Assembly (NCBI RefSeq): GCF_901765095.1 | Contig: NC_044044.1 | Coordinates: 26,696,132 to 26,760,131 of the forward strand | Direction: 5' to 3' | Source of the DNA: Microcaecilia unicolor | Lineage: Eukaryota | Length of the DNA: 64,000 bases | Shown here: positions 47,338 through 58,480 of the stretch, piece by piece | Numbering within the stretch: the stretch's first letter is position 1 | Layout: every line of letters begins with the position of its first letter | Position numbers and translations under genes: made by a program | Notes under the pieces: model-generated | The model's database searches: none | What the model was told of the DNA's origin: nothing | What the model saw: only the letters and a program-made list of their open reading frames with translations

Positions 47338-47760
47338 TACAGAACAGGGGCGTAGCCAGACCTTGGCGGGAGGGGGGGGGTCCAGAGCCCGAAGTGGGGG
47401 GGAGGCACTGTTTAGCCCACCTCCCCCAGCCGCCGACCTCCCTCCCCGTCGCCGCTGCCGTCAGGTACCTTTGCTGGCGGGAGTCGCCAACGCCCGCCAG
47501 CCAAAGTGTCTTCTTCAGCGCCGGTCGACTCCAGCGCCTTCGCTGATGATCTCTTTCTGACTCTTTACGTCCTGCATGGGGCTACATACAGGACGTGCCC
47601 ACAGGACGTAAGGAGTCAGAGATCATCAGCGAAGGCGCCAGAGTCGACCTGGTGGTGGCAGCAGCAACAGCGGGGTCAAATGTAGAGGGGGGGGCCATGG
47701 CTTAATCTAGGGGGGGTCCACGCCCCCATGTCCCCACGTAGCTACGTCCCTGGTACAGAC
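47338..47760. mobile_element. MITE-like element with TIR (gggcgtagccagacc...gtagctacgtccc) and about 100-bp perfect internal hairpin
   Basis: Internal palindrome cgccttcgctgatgatctctttctgactctttacgtcctg / caggacgtaaggagtcagagatcatcagcgaaggcg. Confidence 0.65.
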
Positions 47761-47931
47761 AGGCAGAGTGTTCCTATAACCAATAAAGTTATGGATCCCA
47801 GTACCGTACGCCTGAATCGTAGAATACCTCAAAAAAAAAAAAAAAAAACAACTTAGTATGGTACCACAAAGAGAGTCACTTGGAATCAGGGGCGTAGCCA
47901 GACCTCGCGGTGGGAGGGGGCAGTTAAGGGG

Positions 47932-48935
47932 GTGGGACGACTTTCCTATGAGAAAAGGCTAAAGCGGCTAGGGCTCTTCAGCTGGGAGAAAAGGCGGCTG
48001 AGGGGTGATATGATAGAGGTATATAAAATAATGAGTGGTGTGGAACAGGTGGATGTGAAGCGTCTGTTCACGCTTTCCAAAAATACTAGGACTAGGGGGC
48101 ATGCGATTAAACTACAGTGTAGTAAATTTAAAACAAATCGGAGAAACATTTTCTTCACCCAACGTGTAATTAAACTCTGGAATTCGTTGCCGGAGAACGT
48201 GGTGAAAGCGGTTACCTTGGCAGAGTTTAAAAAGGGGTTAGACGGTTTCCTAAAGGACAAGTCCATAAACCGCTACTAAACGGACTTGGGAACAATCCAC
48301 AATTCCAGGAATAGCATGTATAGAATGTTTGTACGTTTGGGAAGCTCGCCAGGTGCCCTTGGCCTGGATTGGCCGCTGTCGTGGACAGGATGCTGGGCTC
48401 GATGGACCCTCGGTCTTTTCCCAGTCTGGCATTACTTATGTACTTATGTCCTCTACTTGGCTCACTTTTATTACATAGAGCAGTGATTTAACCTATTGTG
48501 ATGTCATAGTGGCTCATTCCACCAATAAGAGCCAACCTCATTAGTGATGTCACAATGGCTTGATTGTATAAAATGTTTGTACGTTTGGATAGCTTGCCAG
48601 GTGCCCTTGACCTGGATTGGCCGCTGTCGTGGACAGGATGCTGGGCTCGATGGACCCTCGGTCTTTTCCCAGTGTGGCATTACTTATGTACTTATGTCCT
48701 CTACTTGGCTCACTTTTATTACATAGAGCAGTGATTTAACCTATTGTGATGTCATAGTGGCTCATTCCACCAATAAGAGCCAACCTCATTAGTGATGTCA
48801 CAATGGCTTGATTGTATAGAATGTTTGTACGTTTGGGAAGCTCGCCAGGTGCCCTTGGCCTGGATTGGCCGCTGTCGTGGACAGGATGCTGGGCTCGATG
48901 GACCCTCGGTCTTTTCCTAGTGTAGCATTACTTAT
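47932..48935 (+). mobile_element. CR1-like LINE 3' end (RT C-terminus) followed by about 250-bp tandem tail units (about 2.6 copies)
   Basis: ORF 47932-48279 encodes ...MIEVYKIMSGVEQVDVKRLFTLSKNTRTRGHAIKLQCSKFKTNRRNIFFTQRVIKLWNSLPENVVKAVTLAEFKKGLDGFLKDKSINRY. Confidence 0.85.
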
Positions 48936-49338
48936 GTACTATCCTCTTTTCCCTCGACCCCATGACGCCTGATTCACTACTACTACTACTACTTGACATT
49001 TCTCATCTGACCGCAACACAATCTTGTATTTGTTATCAACCGAAATGGCAAACGCCTTTACGGTACTTTGTAAGCCACATTGAGCCTGCAAATAGGTGGG
49101 AAAATGTAGGGTATGAATGTAATAAATAAATTCTCTTTGTGGTACCATACTAAGTTGTTTGTTTTTGTGTTCCTATAGCCATGTGGTATTATGAGACAGC
49201 AAGGACTGTGCAAGAAGACTGAGTGTTCCTATGACACACCCTGTTATAAGATGTCAGCAACTGTGTATCGGTATCAAGTGTTCTCATGGCACATCCGGCT
49301 GTGAAATGGTAGGGACCGTGCAGGAGAACTGAACTTAC

Positions 49339-49469
49339 TTGCTGCTGGGTGCCTCAGGCAGAATGTTGACGAAGAGTCCACTGGAATTTATACGTTGCCG
49401 ATACAGGCACAGGGCAGAGGTGAAGGTGGTCTCAGGGGGGTAAAGACTGAGCATCAGGAATGTATCTAC
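49339..49469 (-). CDS. TEP1: TEP1 exon e13 (VDTFLMLSLYPPETTFTSALCLYRQRINSSGLFVNILPEAPSS)
   Basis: Matches human VDRVILLGQSMDD...QLYWQRVNSKCLFVGILLRRVQ. Donor GTAAGT. Confidence 0.75.
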
Positions 49470-49674
49470 CTGCAACAAGCCCGAGAAAGAGGTAGAGACG
49501 GAATCAGCACGATGGAAGAATCTCAAAAGCAACACAGCACCATCCTGGGACATGGCAAACCCCGAGGTGGGGGGCAACGAGGGTCAGACAGACTGGATGT
49601 GAACAGGGAGGGGGGGGGTTCTGGGACCTTGGTAGATCTGACTGCAACCCTCCCCCCCCCCCCCACACTCATAC

Positions 49675-49764
49675 CTGCTCCTTGTGAGACACCAGCTCCT
49701 GGAGGTACTGAGTCAGCGGATGGTATCGCACTGCCTTATCACTGTTCCACTTCACGTTGTCACG
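49675..49764 (-). CDS. TEP1: TEP1 exon e12 (RDNVKWNSDKAVRYHPLTQYLQELVSHKEQ)
   Basis: 30 open codons, acceptor ttctcag, donor GTATGA. Phase compatible with both flanking exons. Confidence 0.7.
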
Positions 49765-49949
49765 CTGAGAACAGAATGGAAACGCACCCTCAGACAATGC
49801 AGGAACTCCACAGGCCAAACGAGGGTCTGGTCTGCGAGACAGACCAAGAATGTGACTGTTGGGTTAGTCTGGATTAGGAGGTGGGCCGACACACACGTGC
49901 ACTCGTGTTTCAGACGTGGCAGTAAGGGGCTGAGGGGGAAGCAAATTAC

Positions 49950-50102
49950 CTCAATCTGCTGCAGCAGTGTCCCCACACTCCCCAGGATGGACTTGGGATC
50001 GACAGAGGCTTCCTCACAGGCACTCCTACTGTACAGAACAAGCCGGGCATGCTCCGAGGCTCCCTGCACCATCAGAGCAAGGAGCAGCGCCACCTCCAGA
50101 AC
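49950..50102 (-). CDS. TEP1: TEP1 exon e11 (VLEVALLLALMVQGASEHARLVLYSRSACEEASVDPKSILGSVGTLLQQIE)
   Basis: Matches human LNYALLLIGMMITRAEQVDVVLCGGDTLKTAVLKAEEGILKTAIKLQAQVQE. Confidence 0.85.
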
Positions 50103-50189
50103 CTGGGGAACAAGAAACATACGGGTATTCTACACTCATGCGCAGACTTCACAGTTTCTCAAGTACCAGAAATACAGCACTACACATAC

Positions 50190-50409
50190 CGTGATGGGGG
50201 TGTTCTGCCCGGAAGTGCCCTCTCCCAGGGCTCCAGGACAGCACAGGTCCTTCGCCTTCTTGCATGGGTCTTTCATTATGGCATCCACACAGCAGAAAAT
50301 CAAAGTCCTCCCTGGAAGAGGTGGTATGTTGTGCTGGGCAGAAATGTGAATGGCCGCCTCCAGGGCCTGACGGTAACGGTGCATCAACACGTCAGGAACG
50401 CACGGACTC
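50190..50409 (-). CDS. TEP1: TEP1 exon e10, TROVE vWA-like core (SPCVPDVLMHRYRQALEAAIHISAQHNIPPLPGRTLIFCCVDAIMKDP...QNTPIT)
   Basis: Matches human NRYRQALETAVNLSVKHSLPLLPGRTVLVYLTDANADRLCPKSNPQGPP. Donor GTATGT. Confidence 0.85.
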
Positions 50410-50499
50410 CTGTCAGGAGACAAAGGATGGTCACAGAGAGATGGGAAACAGGCAACTATTGGGGCATCTATGAAGGTGGGAGATCGGGGATAGGAGGAA

Positions 50500-50685
50500 A
50501 AAAAACTGTGCCCATCTTCAGGCACAGGCAGCTCCTTGTGACTCTGGGCAAGTCACTTAACCCTCCATTGCCCCAGGTACAAATAAGTACCTGTATATAA
50601 TATGTAAGCCGCATTGAGCCTGCCATGAGTGGGAAAGCGCGGGGTACAAATGTAACAAAATAAAATAAAAGACATCTAGCACATG
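50500..50685 (+). mobile_element. tRNA-derived SINE, 3' partial copy
   Basis: ...cttgtgactctgggcaagtcacttaaccctccattgccccaggtacaaataagtacc...gtgggaaagcgcggggtacaaatgtaacaaaa. Confidence 0.6.
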
Positions 50686-51829
50686 GGCATTTAGAGACCG
50701 CACACATGTATTCATATGAGAGCGCCCCGTCAAGGGCAAGAGGACGTAGTAGACTTCGACCGAATATCATGTTGGCTATGTAGACATCCCTAGAATGCAA
50801 CAGTATGGGCAACTGGGCTGGGGAGAGGATATTGGGTACAACAGACAAAAGAGGAAACGTGTGTTTGTTCATGAGGTCAAATGGGAACGCAACTCTACTG
50901 GAGCCCAAGGCTGGCCCAACATCGCATCAGTTGGAAATGCTGAATAACCTGTGTGGTGCAATGGTAGAACAGGCCCATTTGGAAGAGCGTTAAGAGGACT
51001 ATAGTAACGCAAGGCTTGGGAAGCTGGGTAAAAGATGTTGGGGGGGGGGGGTATTAGTTGGTGCTGGTCGATATACCCCAAAGAAGATTTTTTGGGTGCC
51101 GCCATCTTGGCGCTGCTGTTAGGCCACAGGACTTTTGGCCGCCCAAAAGGCAGCATCTAAAAATCCTCCTCGTACTGACCTCCCGTGCTCATCAGGGGAG
51201 GCTGTTCGCTGCTGTGGGCTGGGAGGTCTTTGGGGCAGAAGGGAGATGCGGGCTGCCCTAGGCGGTGCCTGTGAGGGGAAGATGGAGCAGACTTCCTGAA
51301 GAACCATGCTCCATCACAGGCAATGCCTGGGGCAGCCCACATTTCCTTTCTGCTCCAAGGGTCCCTGGTCGCAACGGTGAGCAGCCAAAGGGCCCCCCCC
51401 CCACTCTCTGCCAACCCATACTGGGAGAAATAGAGACAGGACTTTCAGATGCTGTCATTTGGGCACCCAAAATTAAATGGCAGCTCCAAAACGACAGTGT
51501 CCAAAGCTTAAACTCAGGAAAATACAGTCTCTGAAGTCGATACCTTATACAGCACCTAAATTTATCACTAATGCAACTATATTGTACACAATTGAAATAA
51601 GTAAATTAAAAAAAAAATAAAAATTAGTTATTAAAAAAAAACGATGATGAAAAAAGCAGCTCTCAATACAAGGCCCAAAAAACCTTCACTTCACCAGCTG
51701 CCTCTCAAAATTAACCTCATTTCAGCCTCCCTCCCTCACCCTCTCACCTAAATCTTAACCTCTCTCCCAACAGCCTCAAAGACCTCCCAGCCTCCATTTC
51801 TCACTCTCCTACCCTCGGGCCTCCCTCAC

Positions 51830-52010
51830 CTCAACTTCTTCTTAGTCTTCTGAACCAAGCGGTACACAGCCGGAATGGACATGGCTGCTCTCCGCCACCT
51901 GGAGTCCCGCCGTTGGCTATTTCTCAGCACTCGGTAAACACCATCGCTGTTCAGAAAGTTCTTTTGAAATATCTTCTCCAAGATTTGCACATTAGTGGGC
52001 ATGGCGTTGT
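51830..52010 (-). CDS. TEP1: TEP1 exon e09 (NAMPTNVQILEKIFQKNFLNSDGVYRVLRNSQRRDSRWRRAAMSIPAVYRLVQKTKKKL)
   Basis: Matches human ALPFPSNITLMRRIL...RMAMRIPVLYEQLKREKLR. Donor GTGAGG. Confidence 0.8.
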
Positions 52011-52349
52011 CTGGGATACATTTAAAAAAAAAAAGGGGGGAAATTAGGTGCCTGAGGAGAGAAATGTTCAGTGGATACAGTGCTTCAGCCACAGAAGGAC
52101 AAGAAAGGAGGGGAAGAACAGGAAAGGAGCAACAGAGAGAAAAGGAGCAGATCAGGAGGGGAAAGGAAAGTGTGTTTGGGGGAGGGGGAAGGAATTAAAC
52201 TAGACAGAAGCCCCACTGTTCACCCCAGTGTCTTACGAGGTCTCTTGGACGCTGCTTCCAGATCAAGAATCACTTTATAGGCAGAGAGGAAGCGGAAAGG
52301 AAACTGTCTGCTTCGTATGACCGACTCCTACAGGATGAGAGAAGGCGGG

Positions 52350-52500
52350 GAGGAGTGTAATTAAACTTAAATTCGTTGTCAGAGAATGTGGTAAAGGCAG
52401 TTAGCTTAGCCGGGTTTAAAAAAGGTTTGGATGTCTGGATGTCTTCCTAAAGGAAAAGTCCATAGACCATTATTAAAATGGACTTGGGCAGTAGCGTAGC
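52350..52500 (+). mobile_element. CR1-like LINE tail fragment
   Basis: ...ENVVKAVSLAGFKKGLD... plus tail start. Confidence 0.6.
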
Positions 52501-52943
52501 CAGAGTTCAATTTTTAGATGGGCCTGGAGGTGGACTGGGTGGGCACGGGCATCGCATTTCCTCTCCACCCGCTGCCCTCCTTCCCCACCCACTGAACTGT
52601 TTCAAACCCAGGGCATTTGGCAGTGTTCTTCCGGATGCTGACAGCCCCCTGCACATGGTCAGTTCTGGTCATTTTTACTGCCCTGAAGCGCCGTTCTCCC
52701 TCCAACACCAGCGATTCCCATAGTCAGCCTTCTGCCAGCGTGCGTCATGGGGCCTCTCCTCAGACGCGCGTCCCACCTTTGCAGAAAACAGGAAGTTGCA
52801 GAGTAGGCGGGATGCGCCTGAGAAGAGGCCCCGACGACGCACGCTGGCAGAAGGCTGGCTATGGGAATCACCAGTGCTGGAGGGAGATTTGGGCATCTCC
52901 CTTGGGAATATCCACAAACCACCTCATAACTCTACGTTCCTAC

Positions 52944-53053
52944 CTTGTCCGATAATCTTGCTATAACCTTATCGTGGTGCTGTTGGCTGATGCCAGCTCT
53001 GATCATATTCCGGAGGTTTCTCAGCATTGCCATGAACGGAAGTTTACGGTGAT
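52944..53053 (-). CDS. TEP1: TEP1 exon e08 (HRKLPFMAMLRNLRNMIRAGISQQHHDKVIARLSDK)
   Basis: Matches human NGKLPFMAMLRNLCNLLRVGISSRHHELILQRLQHAK. Acceptor ctgcag, donor GTAGGA. The next exon downstream is out of phase, so at least one exon near 52560-52700 (encoding ...RRFRAVKMTRTDHVQGAVSIRKNTA) remains unplaced. Confidence 0.75.
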
Positions 53054-53125
53054 CTGCAGAAAGAACAGTCCCAGTCAGAAGTGTTTGTCATGTGACCGTC
53101 TCACGTGTGTTTGTGCGTCTCGTAC

Positions 53126-53283
53126 CTATCAGCTCCTGCCAGACTGCCGGAACATTCCCTCGCAGGCTGAGCTCTCTCTCCCAGGTCTCGGGCTGTTTCA
53201 ACTTCATTCTTTTCCCAGAAAGACGAGAGTCCCATGGGCCCGGCAGGCCGCTGCGAGAGAAGGAGGCGAGGTCCGAGGGATAC
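53126..53283 (-). CDS. TEP1: TEP1 exon e07 (YPSDLASFSRSGLPGPWDSRLSGKRMKLKQPETWERELSLRGNVPAVWQELI)
   Basis: Matches human YPSNLQLFSRSRLPGPWDSSRAGKRMKLSRPETWERELSLRGNKASVWEELI. Confidence 0.85.
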
Positions 53284-53624
53284 CTGGCAGAGGTGACACA
53301 CATACAGGGTAGTTCAAAAGTTTGGAACTGGAGTATCTGTCGAGTACAGTGGTACAAGTCCACAAGATCTCTTAAGTCTTTGCAGCATCAGCTCGTAGAT
53401 TAATTTGATAAAAACTTTGAAAAGAGCTTTTGGAAGATCTGCAGTGTACTGAAGATGATTTAATCATCTAGAAACAAGGCAAAACTTGGATATTTTCCAG
53501 AGATTTTAGATAGATGATAGGAAGAGCGGCCAATAGATTTTACTTATATTTCAGTTTTGTTATTTTTGGTTTTGCTGGAGGTGATTTATCCAATTGATTT
53601 TATTTTTTTTTTTGTCTTAATTGG

Positions 53625-53830
53625 GAGGAGTAGCCTAATGGTTAGTGCAGTGGACTTTGATCCTGGGGAACTGGGTTCGATTCCCACTGCAGCTCCTTGT
53701 GACTCTGGGCAAGTCACTTAACCCTCCATTGCCCCTGGTACAAAATAAGTACCTGAATATATGTAAAACGCTTTGAATGTAGTTGCAAAAACCTCAGAAA
53801 GGCAGTATATCAAGTCCCATTTCCCTTTCC
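53625..53830 (+). mobile_element. tRNA-derived SINE (full-length copy)
   Basis: tRNA-like head with B-box GGTTCGATTCC (gagtagcctaatggttagtgcagtggactttgatcctggggaactgggttcgattcccactgcagc), conserved body ...gggcaagtcacttaaccctccattgccc. Confidence 0.8.
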
Positions 53831-53961
53831 CCCTTTCCCTTATGACATCACAATATCAGAAATGAGCCAAGTATCAGGCAATCAAGCCATTGTGACATCA
53901 CTGATGAGGTTGGCTCAGGCATTGGTGGAATGAGGCATTATGACATCACAGTATTAGCTCC

Positions 53962-54150
53962 AGTGGAGGAGTAGCCTAGTGGTTAGTGCAGTGGACTTTG
54001 ATCCTGGGGAACTGAGTTTGATTCCCACTGCAGCTCCTTGTGACTCTGGGCAAGTCACTTAACCCTCCATTGCCCCAGGTACAAATAAGTACCTGTCTAT
54101 ACTATATAAACCACTTTGAATGTAGTTGCAAAAAAATCCACAGAACGGCA
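53962..54150 (+). mobile_element. tRNA-derived SINE (second tandem-adjacent copy)
   Basis: Same consensus as 53625-53830. Confidence 0.8.
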
Positions 54151-54164
54151 GTATAAGGAATGGA

Positions 54165-54375
54165 TCCACAGAAGCTTAGCGGAGATTGGGTGGCAACACT
54201 GGTAATTGGAAAGCGAAGCTAGTGCTGGGCAGACTTCTACGGTCTGTGTCCTGAAAATGGCAAGGACAAATGAAGGTCAGTTATAAATATGAAATAGCTC
54301 ATATAATGTTGGGCAGACTGGATGGTCCGTTCAGGTCTTTATCTGCTGTCATCTACTATGTTACTATATTCTGTA
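54165..54375 (+). repeat. Unclassified interspersed repeat, same family as 45175-45430
   Basis: Nucleotide homology. Confidence 0.55.
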
Positions 54376-55089
54376 AATCACTTGGAACAGGTACAAATCG
54401 TTGAGGTTAAAATTTAGCCCTTAAGCGGTCAACATTTCTTTTCTTTTTTGTTTTTTTAACTCTGGCCGCTGCTGGCCAACTACTGAATATCCAGGTTTAG
54501 CAACTGCTACCATCAAGGTCGCCAGTCTCACCGATACTCAGAGCAATACTCATAAGTACATAAGTAGTGCCATACTGGGAAAGACCAAAGGTCCATCTAG
54601 CCCAGCATCCTGTTTCCAACAGTGGCCATCTGTGCTCTGCCCCTGGACCTCCCTGAAACTTTATGATTTTTTTATGCTTATCAATGTGAATATGTAATTT
54701 ATATATTCTATCTTGTCACATCAGTCTGTCATGGTGTTATTGTGCTATCAGCCGAGCTTTGTTTTATCGATTATTTGTATTTATTTATATATCGATCTAA
54801 CTTATTGCTAATGATTTATTTGTGTGTTTTACTTGTTTTCCTGTAGCCCCTGACACAGCCCTACTAGGTGAAGCACGGCCTGTGTCGGGCTTTTTACTCT
54901 AGATATTATTTTATTAATAAAGTTCATTTCGTTTTTCCACTGATCTGCTTTGTTGTTTTCCATCTTGGAGTTTGCGGATCGGCTGCCTTGCTGTTTCCTT
55001 GGACCCTCCCTGAAACTATCCAGCTATGTGCTGCTGAAATATCATAGAAGGACCCAGTCAATATCAGCCAAGTATAAATAAATAAATCT

Positions 55090-55445
55090 ATAATGTAATT
55101 AAACTCTGGAATTCGTTGCCAGAGAATGTGGTAAAGGCGGTTAGCTTAGCGGGGTTTAAGAAAAGGTTTGGATGGCTTCCTAAAGGAAATGTCCATAGAC
55201 CATTATTAAAATGGACTTGGGGAAAATCCACTGCTTATTTCTAGGATAAGCAGCATAAAATGTATTACTACTACTACTACTTAACATTTCTAGAGCGCTA
55301 CTAGGGTTACGCAGCGCTGTACAGTTTAATTGTACCTTTTTGGGGATCTTGCCAGGTACTTGTGACCTGGATTGGCCACTGTTGGAAACAGGATGCTGGG
55401 CTTGATGGACCTTTGGTCTGTCCCAGTATGGCAATACTTATGGAA
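55090..55445 (+). mobile_element. CR1-like LINE 3' tail
   Basis: Tail consensus. Confidence 0.7.
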
Positions 55446-55505
55446 AGAAATGAACGCGGACACAGGCAATGGGAGAAACGGGGAAAGCAGCAACGTCACA
55501 GGTAC

Positions 55506-55648
55506 CTGCACCCCAGCAAGGCCATAACATGATTCACTGGCTTCGTGATGTGCAGCCTCTGGATCAACTTCTTCATGTTGAAAAGCTCCTGCTTCGGCCC
55601 ACTCTTCTGCTCCTGCTGGGTGGTCGAGGACCTGGGTTGCTCATTCAA
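55506..55648 (-). CDS. TEP1: TEP1 exon e06 (LNEQPRSSTTQQEQKSGPKQELFNMKKLIQRLHITKPVNHVMALLGC)
   Basis: Matches human PPRFTLKKLVQRLHIHKPAQHVQALLGY. Phase 0 to 2. Confidence 0.8.
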
Positions 55649-56329
55649 CTATGAGAGATACGAGACAGTGAGATTGCTGAAGACACCCTGGACTTGTCCA
55701 AGAGAAAAAAAAGAGACCTCCCTCTCTCGGTCCCCGCCAGGCTTCCTCACGTGCGGGCATAGAGCGGCTGAGGCTCTCGCCTAAGGCTCGCTCCGGTTCC
55801 AAGAGGCATGGGATGGATGGGGTGTACTCACCTTCTGGTCCTGTAAGGACCGGAAGAATCGAGATTTCAGCATCTGATTGCGCAGCTGCAACTACAAAAA
55901 AAAAAAAAAAATTTTAAAGAAAGAACACGGGGAGGGAATGGGAGATTAGAGCCACAGCATTATCCGTGAAGACAGTACAAAGGAATTCTGTTCAGAAGGA
56001 ATGGATCCACAGAAGCTTAGCGGAGATTGGGAGGCGGAGCTAGTGCTGGGCAGACTTCTAGGGTCTGTGCCCTGAAAATGGCAGATATCAAAGTCAGGAG
56101 TACACATAAACCAGCACATATAGTAACATAGTAGATGACGGCAGAAAAAGACCTGCACGGTCCATCCAGTCTGCCCAACAAGACAACATATGTGTAAACC
56201 TTACCTTGATTTGTACCTGTCTTTTTCAGGGCACAGACCGTATAAGTCTGCCCAGCAGGATTCCCCACCTCCCAATCACCAGTCCCGTCTCCCATCACCG
56301 GCTCTGGCACAGACCGTATAAGTCTGTCC

Positions 56330-56670
56330 TCCACTATCCACACCTCCCAACCACCAACCCCTCTTCCCCCCACCTGCTCCGCCACCCAATTTTAGCTAAG
56401 GTTCCGAGGATCCATTCCTTCTGCATTCCTTTATGCATATCCCACGCATGTTTGAATTCCGTTACCGTTTTCATCTCCACCACCTCCCGCGGGAGGGCAT
56501 TCCAAGCATCCACCACCCTCTCCGTGAAAAAATACTTCCTGACATCTTTCCTGAGTCTGCCCCCCTTCAATCTCATTTCATGTCCTCTCGTTTTACCGCC
56601 TTCCCATCTCCGGAAAAGATTCGTTTGCGGATTAATACCTTTCAAATATTTGAACGTCTGTATCATATAT
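56330..56670 (-). mobile_element. Second LINE family 3' fragment (minus)
   Basis: ORF 56334-56666 encodes MIQTFKYLKGINPQTNLFRRWEGGKTRGHEMRLKGGRLRKDVRKYFFTERVVDAWNALPREVVEMKTV. Confidence 0.7.
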
Positions 56671-57093
56671 CACCCCTGTTCCTCCTTTCCTCCAGGGTAT
56701 ACATGTTCAGGTCAGCAAGTCTCTCTTCATACGTCTTGGAACGCAAATCCCATACCATGAGTTTATCTTGTTCGGCACACTGGATGGACCGTACAGGTCT
56801 TTCTCTGCCGTCATCTACTATGTTACTATGACACAGCACCAGGTACCCAGGGAGTCAAACAGTACAAAGAATAGACAGAGATCGCAATTCAGAGAGGATA
56901 AACAGAGAGATAGTGGGATACAACATTACACACAGACAAGGCCTGGACAGGCAGACAAAGGCGTTTGACACACAGAGGGCTAGAATTTTAAGTGCTTATC
57001 ACATTAACACATATATTTTTTACCGCAGTCCTGCACGAGTAACTAACCCAGAAGCTGTGTACATACATAAGAACACGATCATCCCTCCCTTAC

Positions 57094-57255
57094 CTGCTCC
57101 GGAGCGAGACGTTTCCTGTTCGTGTGTTTGCAACGCTGCTTCCGGGTGTTGTACTTCGCCAGTTGATACTCATCGAATTGGCGGAACTTGTCCTCCATGG
57201 CCCTGCGGAGACAGGATGGGAGGGCAAAGGCCTTTGCTCCCGGCCCGGCCAGGCT
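57094..57255 (-). CDS. TEP1: TEP1 exon e05 (SLAGPGAKAFALPSCLRRAMEDKFRQFDEYQLAKYNTRKQRCKHTNRKRLAPEQ), TROVE region
   Basis: Matches human LPACLRTAMTDKFAQFDEYQLAKYNPRKHRAKRH. Acceptor ctcag, donor GTAAGG. Confidence 0.85.
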
Positions 57256-57517
57256 CTGAGGAGGAAAAGAGATGAAAATGTGTAGGGATGGGATATGCCA
57301 TCGATGTCTGTTGTCGATACACGTTGTTCTCGTCATGTTGTTTCCTCCTCATTTTCATTTGCCAATAACAATGCGCACTCTTCGCACAGAGGGGCACGTT
57401 CTTAACGACATTGCCCCTGAAATGAAAACGAAGACAAGCCAAACCAAACGACGATGTCCATGATACAAGAAACAGAGCCAAATGAAATGTTTTGGGCTGT
57501 TAATCCCTAGCATAACA

Positions 57518-57835
57518 CAGTGGCGTAGCTAGGTGGGGCCACGGGGGCATGGGCCCCCCAAATTTGCTCTGGGCCCCTGGTTGGCTGGCGGGGGTCTCCA
57601 ACTTCATCCAGCACTGGTCTGAGGCGGCGCCATCGCATTGTCTGCCCTCTCTTCCCCTCACGTCCGGCATGCTCAGTTTCACTAAAAGGAGAGTGCCGGA
57701 CACCAGCGCTGGACGAAGTCTTCATCTGGAAGGGGTTGGGGACCCCCAAATGTGCCCCCCCCCCCCCTCCTTGGCCTCTGGTTCCCTCCTATCCTGAGAT
57801 CTGGCTATGCCCCTGGCGTAACATAGCCGTCCCTC
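57518..57835. mobile_element. MITE-like element with TIR (cagtggcgtagctaggtgggg...tggctatgcccctggcgtaac)
   Basis: Same terminal motif. Located in a TEP1 intron. Confidence 0.65.
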
Positions 57836-57863
57836 CATAAATCATGACAAATTCGATCCGTAC

Positions 57864-58025
57864 CTGGTAGAACTTTGGAATTTGCAACCAGTCGGAGGGG
57901 AGCTGCACAGCTGCACAGAAGTACCGGCGAAAGTGTGGACGGGAGGCCAGGATCCACGCTGCCAGTGCCAGCAGGAAGTTAGCAGTGCTACGGATGTTCA
58001 GCTCCTGCCGCGTATATAGCGCTAC
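57864..58025 (-). CDS. TEP1: TEP1 exon e04 (VALYTRQELNIRSTANFLLALAAWILASRPHFRRYFCAAVQLPSDWLQIPKFYQ)
   Basis: Near-colinear with human ASLYARQQLNVRNVANNILAIAAFLPACRPHLRRYFCAIVQLPSDWIQVAELYQ. Canonical splice sites. Confidence 0.85.
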
Positions 58026-58035
58026 CTGAAACAAC

Positions 58036-58480
58036 ATGGTAGAAGTGTATAAAATAATGAGTGGAATGGATCGGGTGGATGTGAAGCGACTGTTCACGCT
58101 ATCCAAAAATACTAGGACTAGAGGGCATGAGTTGAAGCTACAGTGTGGTAAATTTAAAACGAATCGGAGAAAATTTTTCTTCACCCAACGTGTAATTAGA
58201 CTCTGGAATTCGTTGCCGGAGAACGTGGTACAGGCGGTTAGCTTGACGGAGTTTAAAAAGGGGTTAGATAGATTCCTAAAGGACAAGTCCATAGACCGCT
58301 ATTAAATGGACTTGGAAAAATTCCGCATTTTTAGGTATAACTTGTCTGGAATGTTTTTACGTTTGGGGAGCGTGCCAGGTGCCCTTGACCTGGATTGGCC
58401 ACTGTCGGTGACAGGATGCTGGGCTAGATGGACCTTTGGTCTTTCCCAGTATGGCACTACTTATGTACTTATGTACCTCC
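58036..58480 (+). mobile_element. CR1-like LINE 3' end (RT C-terminus) plus tail, inserted in a TEP1 intron (antisense)
   Basis: ORF 58036-58305 encodes MVEVYKIMSGMDRVDVKRLFTLSKNTRTRGHELKLQCGKFKTNRRKFFFTQRVIRLWNSLPENVVQAVSLTEFKKGLDRFLKDKSIDRY. Confidence 0.85.

Noticed and set aside
43910-49764. Initial reading of the NACHT-WD gene as NWD1/NWD2
   Set aside because: DUF4062 plus NACHT plus WD40 also fits NWD1/NWD2. However, phase-consistent upstream exons encode a TROVE domain (RYRQALEAAI...GRTLIFCCVDA; ...NDVTLCGFNEQVLKFIAERGGARLL) and TEP1-type N-terminal repeats. The match to human TEP1 extends over the whole protein, so TEP1 is the better call.
49684-50600. 221-aa and 183-aa plus-strand ORFs
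   Set aside because: Antisense to the TROVE-domain exons e10-e12 of TEP1. GC-biased coding regions often give long antisense ORFs.
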